A stretch of 64,000 nt of DNA from NCBI GenBank assembly GCA_965178125.1, contig OZ237760.1, positions 186,001 through 250,000 on the forward strand, given 5' to 3'. This DNA comes from Bilabrum cf. latius. Its lineage: Eukaryota. The notes below the pieces were generated by a model. That model was not told the origin of the DNA. It worked only from the letters and a program-made list of their open reading frames with translations, and ran no database searches. Positions 25,780-38,356 of the stretch are shown here, in pieces; within the stretch, counting starts at the first letter, position 1; every line of letters begins with the position of its first letter. The translations under genes were made by a program, and so were the position numbers.

Positions 25780-27378
25780 CTGATGATCCGGCGCTGCGCG
25801 CACAAGGTTCCGCTTGCTGGGATTCGAGGGGGTGCGAATCCGGACGGGCGGCCTAGGCCCAGACATGACAGATGGAGGCGCGACCAATGCCTTGTGGAAA
25901 GCAGACCCTAAAACATGCGCACAAGAGGGATTGGAAGCATTCCACCCGTCTTCTTGGCTGCCAGCGCGAGCAGCGGATGGCATGCTGCGAGTGAGAGAGA
26001 CGACACAAGGTGAAGGGGTGGACGTGGAGGGACGAGGCGAGAATGTCGGTTCTCTTCTTGATGCACGGCGATTCAGCGCTCTTCTTTCTTAAATGACACT
26101 GTATCAACTACCACTATCGCCCCGAACAAGTCGCTGATGAGGCGGTCCATGCACACTGAGCGGCCACGGGCAGTCAAGGTAATTCAAGATGATTCGAGGA
26201 ACGGAGACACGCAGCGGTAACCTGAAGCCACCTGAATCGCCACTCATCAAGGAATCAAACGATGACAAAAACCCCGTGATTTTGCAACATCACGAAATTA
26301 AGACAGCATGCAACCGTCGGCCCGACAGCAACTGCTACAAGCTCGGTCAGAGTTCGATACCACAAAGGCCACATCTCACTAAAACTTACTAATGACTGCA
26401 AATAGAAGTAGCAAAGACACCAAATATTCCCAAGTTAGTCTCAACACAGCGAATACACTGCTACAGTGGGGTACCCTCGACACCGTTGACCGGGTTGCGG
26501 CTTGATACAGCCAGACTCAGGACGGCAAGGTACCCGCAGAGCGACTTGGATGCTTTTAACTACTATATCTCTTACATTCTCTGCACGATTCTGTAGATAA
26601 CTACCGGTTTTGGGGCTTCGGAGTTGGGAGAGGATCTGGGCCTCTGGCTTGCGGAAAAACAGAGCAGACGAGACCAATCACGGCTAATCACCACCAGAAA
26701 ATGTATATGCTGAGAGTTAGTAGACCACTTATGTATACAGCCGAACGCCCGATCCGTGACGATCCCAGGAAGTGACAAAAGGTCGCTGGCCATGGCAAGC
26801 AGCCAGTGCCAGTGCCAGTGGTCGCAAACGGCACCGGTTGTACCCGTTCGGCACTGCGGCGACGTCCCCGTGAACCACACTCATGCTCAGCCCTTGTTAA
26901 AGTGTTTTACCTAGTCGTGGCCTGATCCGGATGCTGTCTCCCATGGGAATGATGCTGCTGAAGGAGCTCCACCTCTTCTTCCACCGTCACAGCTCACCGA
27001 ATTTCGAGAGTTTCTCCGAGTCTGTTGTGTTCTCCGAGATGCAGCGTAGCACCCACGCTGCATCACGTGCAGTACCGGTGGCCAAGTGCAGCCTGCTGTA
27101 GGGGGGCTACGTTGCGAGCTGTCGGCGCGCATGATGCACCAAAGGAGAAATACAGAAATACAGAAATACATTGTTGGGTAAAGATTCCACAAGCACCCAG
27201 ATGCACCGTTGCCCCCGAAGGAGTTCGAGTGATCACCTGAATCCAGAGGAGTCCTCAAACAAGGACTACAAGACCCCCGACCCTTTCAGGCCAAAGGCCC
27301 CCCAATCTCAGCCTACACCGCCGAGTCCCCTTTATTCGCCATCAATGTGGTCCCCCACAAGCCCTCAGCCTGATGCCT

Positions 27379-28017
27379 TCACAGGGAGAAAGAATACAGG
27401 TGCGGAGCATGTGCCCGGCACAAAGCGCAGTCCAGTCCCACATCAGGGTCCCCTGCCGGGACCCACCATTTCCTCCTCCATGACCGTCTCTGCGTCTCAC
27501 GATCCTTCAGAGAGGCTAGCATGCACGCGCTCATGCCTTTGGCCCATTGCCTCTCTATGTCCCTTAGCAAGCCGTGGGGCTTAAACATCCGTCGCTGTAG
27601 CCGAGCGTTCGCATTGGTTGCCGCTATCAGCTCTTGCGTGGCCGTGGCGGCAAGAGCAGCCGCCGCATCGCCTCGCATCCACTGCCTGCACGTCAGCTAC
27701 TCCTGCTAGCGCAGCTGGTTCCTGATCACCTGCACCACTCGGTTGGCCAGCTCCTTGACAGCTGTCCGTTCCGATGACCGCGCAATCGTACGCTCTATCC
27801 GAGTGAGTGCGTCTTCGATGATTGGCTTGGCCCTGCTGGTGCGCTCCAGCTTCTCGTCCCAAGGGTCCTGAGCGAGAGCTGTCTTCGCCCATGCTTTCCG
27901 GAGGGAGGCAGGGGACCTCCCTCTATTCTGATCCGCATCATCGGGTTGCCACGGTCTCGTTCCGGCATGATGGTCATGCTCGGCCCGCTCCATCTGCTCT
28001 ACCGCGGTGCCCATCAC
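27379..28017 (-). pseudogene. Orphan ~210-codon frame with 2 TAGs; possibly the degenerate C-terminal part of a non-LTR retrotransposon ORF
   Basis: ORFs 27706-28017 and 27379-27678 join across TAGs at 27706 and 27697. The end CALCRAHAPHLYSFS, followed by CE in a shifted frame, loosely resembles the CxxC..HxxxxC knuckle of LINE ORF2. No RT motif seen. Confidence 0.25.
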
Positions 28018-28214
28018 TTGAAGGTTGGGCGTGCCCTGTTGCGGGTATTGTCCAGCTCGGAAGGAGCATCGTTAAATAAGTTGCGTGCAGATTCACATAG
28101 GAAATCTTGTTATTGATGCCCAAATCCACCATATTTGTAGTCTGTAGGCCGTTTCGTTTCGCTGGTGAGGATTTATAAGTTTAATTCTATTGCAGTTTGG
28201 AGTCCGATCGAGGC

Positions 28215-29510
28215 ATGCCAGCGGCTGCTGATCGGTAGCCTATCCAGACGCGTGATCCAGCCCAGCCTCAATCAGCACCGAGCGTTCCGTGCTTGAGCTC
28301 CGGGTGCAAGTGGAGCATCGGTGCTTTGCTGGTTGCATCTATCATAGGTGGCAGTGTAGCAGCACTTACACAGGGAAGGAGTCGTAGCTCGGAGGAACAG
28401 AGCGTGGCTCTCGAGGAAGCATTCAGCTAGGACGCCTTGGACAGCGACGAGCTCCCTGCTATATAGAACAGTACGGCCCCAGTTGTTGGCCGGAACGAGT
28501 CTGATTTATACCCACCGTCGGATTGGTTCATGAACAGGACCTGGGATCGCGCTAGGTTGCAGTGGCGCACGCTGACCGGGCGATGGCGGCTTCTGCGACG
28601 GTTCGACCATGACAGAACATCATTTACGCAGGGCCTCATTTGGCAAGGCGGACGCCTATTTGAAAGTGCGGGGCTGTATGGGCGCAGCAACCTCCGCGAA
28701 GTAGACCCGCAAACCGGCGCGGTGATGAGGTCTGTGCCATTGGACCGCAAGTTTTTCGCGGAGGGAATCACCCTGGTTGGCAACAAGATAATCATGCTGA
28801 CCTGGAAAGAAAAGAAAGGCTTCGTGTACGACCGGGACACGTTCCAGCTCGTGCGCGAGTTCGACTACAGTACCTCGAACGGCGAAGGTTGGGGAATCGC
28901 CTTTGACGGCGAGCAGCTGCTCGTGACGGACGGGAGCGAGCACATCCATTTCTGGAGCACCGCAGACCTCAAAGAAACTAGGCGAATACGCGTCCTGCAG
29001 CCAAACGGGCGCCCCTTGAAGCGTTTGAACGAGCTCGAGTTCGTGTGCGGCGAGCTTCTGTCCAACATTTGGTACGACGACCGGGTCGCCAGGATCGACC
29101 CGGGCACGGGGGCCGTGACAGGCTACTTCGATTTCAGCAGCCTGCACCCCCAGTCCCAACGCCGCGGAGGTGAAGACGTGCTCAACGGCATCGCTGTGGA
29201 TGCTGACACCATGCTCATGCCTGCTGGGGCGGCAGATGCACCAGCGGCAGGGAGCGGCAGTTGTAGCAGCAGCAGCCAGGGGGGCGCTAGCAGACGAGCA
29301 TCTGCCAGAGGCGTGGGCGGTGCAGGCGGTTTAGGTGCAGAAGCAGGAGCTGGGGGCGAGGTGGGGAGGGGCAGACGTAGGAGGGGGGACCGGCGAGCGC
29401 AGGCCATGCCATCGTACGGTGGCGCCGTCCGTGCTTTGCTCACTGGCAAGCTGTGGAGGCACATGTATGAGGTGGAGCTGGAGACGTAGGATTCGCCATT
29501 TTGCGAGTGA
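28215..29510 (+). CDS. Type I (plant/bacterial beta-propeller) glutaminyl cyclase / glutamine cyclotransferase with N-terminal anchor; 4 in-frame TAGs
   Basis: Motifs HDRTSFTQGL, FESAGLYGRS, FFAEGIT, EGWGI, LNELE, VLNGIA and TGKLW. ATG 28215; TAGs at 28236, 28428, 28464 and 29487; TGA at 29508. Confidence 0.9.
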
Positions 29511-29626
29511 ACGGTGATACATGCATAGTTGTCTCTCGTTCGAACAGGTCTAATTGTTTGCCTGGTGGTGGCAGTCACGCGATGCATCCGGATGGCATGC
29601 GCAGAAAGTCAGCCTCAAACCGCGCG

Positions 29627-32600
29627 TCATGCAAACACCTCGTGCGACACCTCAACCACATTTCCTTCACCCGCATCCTGGGCCGCTTGCTGCAGCTGCT
29701 CCACGATCGCAAGCGAAGCGCCGCAGTACACGCACTCCCCCGTCCGAACGATGGGCCCCGTTGCCACGCTGCTGCGATCACGCGCACGTGCAGCGATCAT
29801 TGTCCGGGTCATGGCAGCCACCCGCTCCTTGGTGGGAGGATCCATCCCCCTATCCCGCCGGTCGTACAAGATCACCTTCACTCCCAGCATGGCCGCAAAC
29901 CGGAACAGTAGGTCCGTCTCCTTCCTCATGCTCGCCAGCTTGCCCACGTGCCGCTCCCTCCCGAACGGACTGGCGGACAGGTATATGTAAGCGTCGAAGC
30001 CGCGAAGCTTGCCGTGGCCCAGCCGCGGGAGCCACGTGTGCAGGCCACTGAGCATCGCTGCCTCTACATTCGGGTTGCTCCCTGGGGACCCTCCCTGCGG
30101 CTCGCTATCGTCCTGCGCTGCCACATCTGGCCCTGACTAGCGGCGCGATAGCTTGGCATGCTGGGCATCCGTTGGCTCTACGCTAGATGGTCGCCTGCTG
30201 GGCACACTGACAGACCCGCTGCTGCCGTGGGACTGATGCCGGGGCGGGCGACCATCACTGCCAATCATCTGGGGCACCACCTCAGGCAACTGCTGCTCGT
30301 CTAACTTGGTCAACGATGGCAGCGCGTGCGAGGAACCTGCGAGTTGTTGGATTCCATTACCATTGACATCGGTGGTGCCGCTGGCGTGTGGAGTACCTCT
30401 CGATTGCTCGGTAGCGGTGCCGTGGTGTTTCTTTGGTGACTCTGCTGCAGCAGTCCCGTTCACATGCGAGCCAGGGGGCTATTGCAATGCTGATGGCTCA
30501 GCCCCGGAATGCTCTGCCGGGCCGAGCCCGATGCGCCTGCTTGGCGCCCGAGCAAAGGCAGCCTGCCATCTACCCTTTGCTGCCTTGGACACTTTCTTCT
30601 GCGCTTCCGCCAGCGCCTCTGCCCTCGTTCTCAGCCTGTTGGGCACCTCCCAGTCGCTCATCTCCAGCTCGAGTAGGATCCTCTGCCTCTGCTTCTCCAA
30701 GCAGCCGTCCGCAAGCCTGAGGGCGGCAGCGCGCCTCGTCTCCTGCTGCTCTTCAGCAACGGCTGCAGCTGCACTCGGCTTGCACTCTTTCTATCTTCCC
30801 ATTCGCAGCATGAGCTGCATCTGCGCAGCAAGCGGACGCGCTCGAGGCGGCTGTCCTGATGCCTCCATTGACTCGAAGGGCGTACTTCCTGGTTTACCAG
30901 GCGACTCTGAACCAGGATTCGCGCAAGTGACCTGCATTCCTTTCAACTTCAAGCGCTATAGGCTTGCAGCAGAGTGAAAGAGGACGCCACCTCTTCTTGA
31001 CGAATGACCTAGCAACTTGGTCCAGACCCGATTGATCAAAAGCTGCGCCACCCGCTGCGGCACGCGCGATGTCGAAACGATCATTTCAGCGCCAATCTAA
31101 GCAAGAACGCGCTTAGCGTGGCCGATATCGTTCGTGACCCAACCTAGCGCCATGCTGTGCCCGTGTGGCGTCAGCAAGTCGAATGGCTCAGTGCTCGTGG
31201 CCCCGCTTTGCCTGAGCTGATCAAGAGCCTGCTCCAGCACCGACTGCGGACCAGCCGCACTCTTGCCCGCCTCTGATGACAAGACATCTCCGGAACGTTC
31301 TCCATTCTCTGTCACATGGCGCGCGAACTTCCACAGGCAGTGACAAAACAAGGCTAGCGAGCTAGTGATGCCGAATCCGGACGCAAACGCTAGCACGTGC
31401 TTGATCGTGCCCATGGCAGGTCGCACGGCAGGGGCGGGGCACGGCCCGTGCAGCATCAAAGTAGGAAGCTACGATGCACCTACCTGGCTCGATCCGGCAG
31501 CACTGCAAGGGGTTTTCCCTGCGGCCCATCGGACTTTGTCGATGCGTTGGCGAAGCATGGATTGCAGCGTCATCTCGTATAGACTTCTCGTCATACTCTC
31601 GCCCAGCTCCACCTCTCCGTTGCCAGTGCAGTCGATGTGCATCTCGATTCCACTTGGAGTGCCGTCGGTATCCATACGCTGGGCTGCTACTGTAAAAGGT
31701 CGCATAGCAAAAGGCAGTGCAGACTTGGCCGCCATCTGCCCCAGCCAAGATACTCGGTCTTGCTGCTGGGCCCCTCCAGAGAGGCTCTCACCGCCAGAGG
31801 ACCACCATTTGGCGTCGTACAGACCTAGATACATGTACTCACCTGCGTGCACGTGTGCTGCCCGAGACCGTATCTGCAAGCCCAACTCCACAGCTTGAGA
31901 GGTGAAGAACCACGTACGCTGGGACGCAGGGCAAGCACCACATGGCATGTCGGCTAGTTGAGCGCGAGCGTAAAATAGCTCTGTGAAGACTGCCCGAGCC
32001 AACTCTGCGCATTGCTTCCATTCGTAACCTGTGGCTGCGTCCTTTGTCCCCATGGGGTTTACCACCTGCTGTAATTGGGTGGCTACGCGCTCGAATTCTT
32101 GGCAAGCATCTTGGCCAACCGCACGCTTGAGCTGTTCTACGCCCGCGCAAATTTCTCGGCTTATTTCTCTGGGCTGCATCGTCCTCAACACGTCAAGTTG
32201 CTGCAACTCCCACTGTGGCCCCGCGGTATCAATCGATATGGTCATCCAGCGCTTTGGAAGTGCTCTGCCTCGCTTGATTGCATCGATTGACTGCGCAATT
32301 TCTGCAAGCACAGTGGATCTGGAGCGCTGAACGATGGCCTGGAGCCGGTTGCGACACCGTTCCAGTGAGTTGCTCGTGTCCGAGACATGGGACCCTGAGG
32401 ACGCGGTGCTACTAGCGTCTGATTCGTTCGTGCTGCCGAGCGCTGCCTCTGCGTCGGACAGTTCAAGCAAGAGCCGCGCCTCGTGGAAGGCAACGCTCGC
32501 TGCCTCGTCTGCAAGCACGAAATCGGCTTCTTCCTGGATCCTACCGCTGACGGAATAGGCCAGAGGGGCGACCACCTGAACTCGGGGAGCTGATAGGCAG

Positions 32601-35374
32601 CCTCCTTGCCCCAGCCAGAAATCGAGTAGCTCGGCAGCAAGGTACGTCAGCACCATCACCCCACCGGCAGTCAGGCTGCCCACCAGAGGATTCCCTAGCA
32701 CGCCGCTGGCGCCGTGCATCAGCCACGCAGCAAGGGCCACAATGCTGCACACTCGCTTGATCATCCTGAAGCACCCGTAGCTGGTCGTGCTCTTGAGCCG
32801 GGATGATTCCAGGTATCCGTCCACCAGCTCGGTCGCTTGTTTGACCTGGGCTGGCGCCAGCGTAGATCGAGAAAATAAAGCGTTTTCACGATTGCACTGA
32901 GCTGGTTTGACGGCTACTGCGGCAGCCCCAGCCGCGTCCGATTCTGAACCTGTCTCTCCAGCTGCTTTGCGCACATATTTGCTCTATCCAGCAGCAGTTG
33001 CCGCAGCATGTACTGATTCAAGCTTTGACTGACCCAAGCGGTCCCGCAGCGCCCCGATCACCTCATCTACCTCTTCAACGAGCTCCCTACGGCTCGCGAA
33101 CGCCGGTCCTCGCACGCAGCAGCAGAGCACAACGGTCTGCTTGCTTGCCGGGGGCACCACCGCACACTTCATACAGGGCCACCAGGAGCAATAGGCGACG
33201 TGACCCGCGCGATCACCCTCGCCCACCCGCACGCAGCATGCCCTGGTCCTAGAGCACGAGCACCAGGCCGGGCACCTCTGCTTGGTTATCTTCTCCTCTG
33301 AGAGAATGAGCATCGTCATGAACGCAATAGTGAGCACGATTCCGGTTGCAACTGCGAAATTGTTTCCCAGGATGACCTGTAATGACTTGCCCGCTAGTAG
33401 GTCAAAGAACCGGGGAAAGTGATCCTCTACTGTCGCGAACACGTCGGGCATCGACTCCGGCCCATCAGCCCACACCGCCAGGTTCCCCACATGCCCGACA
33501 ATGTGGATCGTGAACAGCACGAAACCGATCCACGCCACCATGCGATGCAGTTCGGCGGCATCGTCAAGTGGCAGTAAGTGAGACGCGCCCAGGTGGAACC
33601 GGAGCGCCCTTCTCGACGCGTGCAGCCGAACCAGTGCCAGCAGGACGGGCAGCCACACCTGCAGGGGAAGTGCCGGGGCACGGGCAACCACAGCCCAACC
33701 GGACAGGTTGTTCATCGGTCCGATGCAGCCGTCACTTACGCTTGCAATAAGCAGGCTCGCAAAGATCAGAACAATGTATCCTCGGACACAGGCGTGCATG
33801 GAAAGCTCAGTTGGTGCGATCCAGCCCGGTTCGACAGCGCATGTGACTCGGCGGTGCAGCCACTGTGCGAGCCGCACAACGTTCGACAGGCCGAAGGGCC
33901 GCGTGAAGCAAACGAGGCAGGCGCAGCATGAAGAAATGCCTGGAGCTTCGTGGCTTTTCTCGATGGGCCTCCCGGTGGAAGCAGCCTGAGACGGCTGCGG
34001 CGCAGACTGGGTTTGGGCCTCTGTTCCTGTGGCGGGTGATGTCGCTGTTGCGTTGCTGCTAGCGGGCACTTCATTACTCACAGCTTTTGCACTTCGCATG
34101 GTCTGCTCGCTGCCAGCGCTGTCCTTGGACCCGGCGCTTTCAGCTCTGCTTCGGTCGACTGGGCACCTGCGCTCAACGGAGGCAAGCGCCCCAACGGGCA
34201 GGAAGGAGCACGCCACGACCGGTACCCAACGCACCAAGACCATCTGAATGAGCAGCCCGGAAGGCTACAATTCTTGTCCTTGCCATGCATTGGCCGTGTC
34301 GTTGCCTAGCACCGCTATCATGGCGATCAGCAAGACGGCCGCAAGCACCCCTAGGTCCCTCGCGACGTCCTTGCCTTCCTCCGACACCGCAACTGCTTGG
34401 CCAATGCCTGGATGATGTCCCGCTGGTGCCTTCGCTAAAGTGCTACAGCAGCCTGTGCGCCACTCGCGGGACGACACTCCGAGGCGGTAGCACCCAAGGG
34501 TTCCCAACTCGAGCCCCAGGACAGACACTGCGAGGAGGACGGCTGCCCCTAGCTGCAGTGCGCTCACGATCCAAGCGCCTTCGTCAGCTGTGGCTTCAAA
34601 GACAATTGAGGCAGCTACGGCAAGAACTGATACGCATTGAATAGCCCTAGATACGACGAGATTCGATGATAAACCTTGTACTGGTGCTATTGTCGACTAT
34701 GCTAAACCTGAGCAGGCAATCCAGAACGGCAACCATCCAACGAGCAGCTGCACGGCACGGGCAAGCCTAGCGAGGTACGAATTGCCGGCCAGTACGAAGG
34801 CTGATTCAAGCACCTATGCTGCTCCAATTCCAATCACGCCAAGCATCGCTGCGAGAAACCAGGCCACGTGGCTATTCTGTTCCTGCTAGATGCGATCTCC
34901 CTGTTGGACAGCGAGCTAGGCAACCTACGCAAGCGCGCCGAACAACAATGATGTAAGAAGTACGCATAGTGATGCTGCATGGAACAGATTAGACCATACC
35001 TCTTGAGTGAGGCGTCTGCCAAACGCCGAGCAGGTTGTCGTGCCGAACTGTTCAACCGAGTGATTGCTCGCAAGCTGGCGTTTGTTGGCTACTAGCAAGT
35101 GGAATGTTTGTGGATACATGTCACCATCAGGTTGTATGCGACTGCTCGTCTCATCGGATAGCTAACGTAGCTAGCCAAAAGTTGCAGCGTCACTGCCATC
35201 ATGAGAACCGCGCAGCCGGACCCCTGCGTGGCCGAGTTCACTAGACTGGCCACGTACCTCATTCAGTGACTTAAGTAAGCTCACAACGCAGATAGCACAC
35301 AATCCGGCGACAAGAGTCGCTATGAGCCCAGCAAGATGCCTCGATTTCAGTGTAGCATGTTGGTCTGCCCTCAT
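29627..35374 (-). CDS. Divergent NADPH oxidase / ferric reductase-like protein (~1915 aa) with an extra N-terminal multi-TM region; 15 in-frame TAGs
   Basis: One frame from ATG 35374 to TGA 29627, with TAGs at 35171, 35162, 34925, 34916, 34886, 34814, 34697, 34265, 32984, 31469, 31097, 30956, 30791, 30479 and 30137. NOX motifs in the correct order: LHRMVAWI..IHIVGH, MHG, GEYMYL, RPFT, HGPCP, ASGFGIT, LGWV, YCGA, terminal HEVF. Confidence 0.8.
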
Positions 35375-35653
35375 GTTGGTCTGCCCTTAACCTCAGGCAC
35401 TAGAACGCTTCAAAATTACACAGTAACTATACCACAGTCAGATAATGTACTAGGTGACTGGTGCGATACCTGATGGGTGCGCTACAGGCAGCTGTCAGCT
35501 TTGGTAACCCGTGACGTGCGGCGCCGCGCATTTAGTTCCGCAACAATCATTCCATCCTGACAGGAAGAATATACTATTCTAAACTCCTTTCGCCAGCTTC
35601 CTGCCAATTACTTAGACGTTTGTACGCCACTGCCCTCGTAATTAGCACCCCCC

Positions 35654-37171
35654 TTACAACCGCCTGCCACTGCCATTGCCACTGGCAATCCTGGATGCAT
35701 CGCAGGCGCCCACAGCACACAAATCAGAAGGCCCTCCACTGGTCACACCTGCCACCGATTCATCGCCCAGAAGCCACGACTCGGTCACGAGATGCACCTT
35801 CACGGACACCCCCTCGGTCCGGTCGCGCTGGCCCCTCGTGTCTGCATCGGCGATGGCCAGCTGCACATCCCCCTCGCTGGCTAGATCTACTGCGCTTTCG
35901 CTAGCTGCACCACCGTGCGGTGCACCTGCCCCCAGCCCCAGGGCCGCCCTCGCCACGCACAGTCTCGGCTCGCTTGCATCGCAGGCGAAGGGCGCCACTG
36001 CAATCGCCAGAAAGTGCGCCGGCGGCACCTCTACTACAGTGGACGGTGACGGGGCTGATGCGGAAGCCCCAATAGGTCGCGAGAAGCTGCTCGGTCTGGG
36101 CTCCCCTTCTCCAGCGGCGGACTCGCTTGGGTCACTGTCGGTGTGACGATCATCAGTGTGACGAGCACCAGTGTGACGGGTGGGTGGATGCAGCAGCATG
36201 CACCTGAAAACCCATGACGGCTGTGGAATCCCACGGACGAGTAATTGCACAGAATTCTTGGTCTTGCGTGTTGCCGGCCTTATGCACTTGCTGTCGCTTT
36301 TGTAGCTTTCATCTGCAGTCGCGGAGTGGTCCCCCGGGCAGGTGCTCGCCCCTGCCGTTTCTCGCTCGGCCCCAGCTGCTGCTCCTTCTGCGGCTCCTTC
36401 TGCGGCTCCTCCCCGGTCTCCTGGGATGTCAGCGGGGCCAGCTCCAGCACAAGCGTCCGTGCTAACGTGTTGTTGGGGTCCACATGCACCTCGGCTGCCT
36501 GCCGGCTCGGCACCGCCCGCTTTGCTAGTGGCGGCCATTGGCATGGCTTCATGTTCTGCTCGCTCGGCAGGCCGCAGCCTCAACTCTATACGGCGGAGAT
36601 CCATGCCCACGCCCTCTCCAGTGGCTTTGACCACTGCTTCTTTTAAGCACCAGTGCCACCAGAAGCTTGTCATCTGCGGGCTCAATCCTCTGGTCCATGA
36701 GCCGTCGCCCGGATTCTCGACGAGCGGCGTGCACCCAGCACGGATGTTCGCCCACTCGCGGTCGGTAAAGCACGCCTCCATGAGCTTGAAGAACTCGGCA
36801 TCAGAACTAGCACCAGTAGGAAATGATGCAGGCATCACGTCGATGCCAACTAGTCCAGAGCTGCAGGATGCAGCTGCAACAGCATGCTCCGTTCTGCTGG
36901 AGTTGAAGTTCCATCCAGAGGTGGCGCGAACAAATGGTTTTCCAGCAACCGTGAACATCCCTTTCTGTTCTATATATGGTGTATCGATCTCCAAGCAACT
37001 CTATATAAGGCGGTTCTGGACGCAGCCACTGAGAAGACACATTTGCCGTGCATCGTTGCTTAAGAATCCAGCCACCCTTCGTTTCCTGCCTGCACTTACA
37101 AGCGGCTCCAAGGCCTCTCGGCAAGTACCCTCAAGCAAGTGTTTCCATAGCACAAACAAGTCGATCTCCAT
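35654..37171 (-). CDS. Sfp-type 4'-phosphopantetheinyl transferase (AASDHPPT/LYS5-like); 1 in-frame TAG
   Basis: Motifs GKPF, FNSS, VGIDVM, FTDREW and FWWHWCLKEAVVKATGEG. ATG 37171, TAG 37001, stop TAA 35654. Confidence 0.88.
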
Positions 37172-37274
37172 TCATTGCAGCGTGAAAAGGACAGTAAACT
37201 CTGCTTTTTCAATTTTGCAAAGTGTGATGAGTGGAGATTGAAGAAGTTCACGAATACCTAATTTGATCCATACC
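37172..37274. promoter_or_regulatory. 103-bp divergent spacer; putative bidirectional promoter between the PPTase and RPB5 genes
   Basis: AT-rich spacer between head-to-head start codons at 37171 (-) and 37275 (+). Confidence 0.55.
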
Positions 37275-38064
37275 ATGTCTGGGGCTGCCGCTGGAGGTGC
37301 CGCAGCGATGGATGATGGTGGTGTAGGACCAGTTGCAGCAGTTGGTGGCGCTCCTCTGAGAGTTGATGCTGCTATGGCGAAGTTGCATAGGGTTCGAGCA
37401 ACGGTATGCGCTATGCTTGCCAAGAGAGGCTATGCGATTTCCACCGAAGATAGAAGCATGGATTTGGAAACATTCGTTAGAAAGGTGAGATCTTAGAGTC
37501 TGGAGCACTGCGTGAGCTCGATGAAGCCACCCGCGACATCCTGGTGCAAGCACGTAGCGTGATTACTTCTCGCAGTTTGCTCCCGATGGTATCTCAAAGG
37601 AAAGGATGCAACTTCTTGCAAGCAAAGTTGACGAACCATCAGATAGGATCATTGTGCATTTCCCCCCTGGTACTGTCAGCGTGAAGGACTGCAAAGTGTT
37701 CGCAAAGCTGCTCGAAGACAACCGCATCAAGAGGGGCATCGTAATTGTGGGCGGCAAGATGAGCTCATTCGCGAAGCAGGCCCTGGACGAGATGCGACCT
37801 GCGTACACAGTGGAATGGTTCACAGAGGAAGAGATGATGGTCGACATCACCGAGCACGAGCTGGTCCCCGAGCACCAGGTCCTCTCTCCCGCCGACAAGG
37901 CCGTGCTCCTCAACAGGTACAAGCTCAAGGAGACGCAGCTGCCCAGGATCCAGCTGCAGGACCCCATCGCTAGGTTCTACGGCATGTCTAGGGGGCAGGT
38001 GGTCAAGATTATCCGGCCTTCGGAAACCGCTGGCCGGTACGTGACCTACAGGATAGTCATCTGA
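37275..38064 (+). CDS. RPB5: RNA polymerases I/II/III shared subunit RPB5; intron 37485-37575
   Basis: TVCAMLAKRGY and VDITEHELVPEHQVL..QLPRIQLQDPIARFYG..GQVVKIIRPSETAGRYVTYR. GTGAGA..CGCAG intron keeps frame; stop TGA; no in-frame TAG. Confidence 0.97.
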
Positions 38065-38356
38065 AGGACAAAGGTGCTGCGGTGCGGGGCTGGGGGCGAG
38101 GGGGCCGGCTTCAACGCTCTTTGGCTTACCGAAGAATTCCTGGTAAATACACATAGTAATTTTTGTTTCGATCGATTGATTTCATGCAACGGCATTGCTC
38201 CCACAATCGTTGAGGCAGCGCCGTGCATCTGCTTTTCGTCAGCTTTCGGATCTGATCCAGAGTCGAAATCCAGCCACTGTCCGTAGCCAAGTCAGGGGTG
38301 TTCGTTCTGATTGCCCCTGCCGCCCGGGATTGCGTGGACAAATGTCCTTGCCGCTC

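Noticed and set aside
35356-35387. 16-bp tandem duplication (catgttggtctgccct x2) at the NOX-like start; also a small hairpin at 8912-8956
   Set aside because: Real but too short to assign any function.
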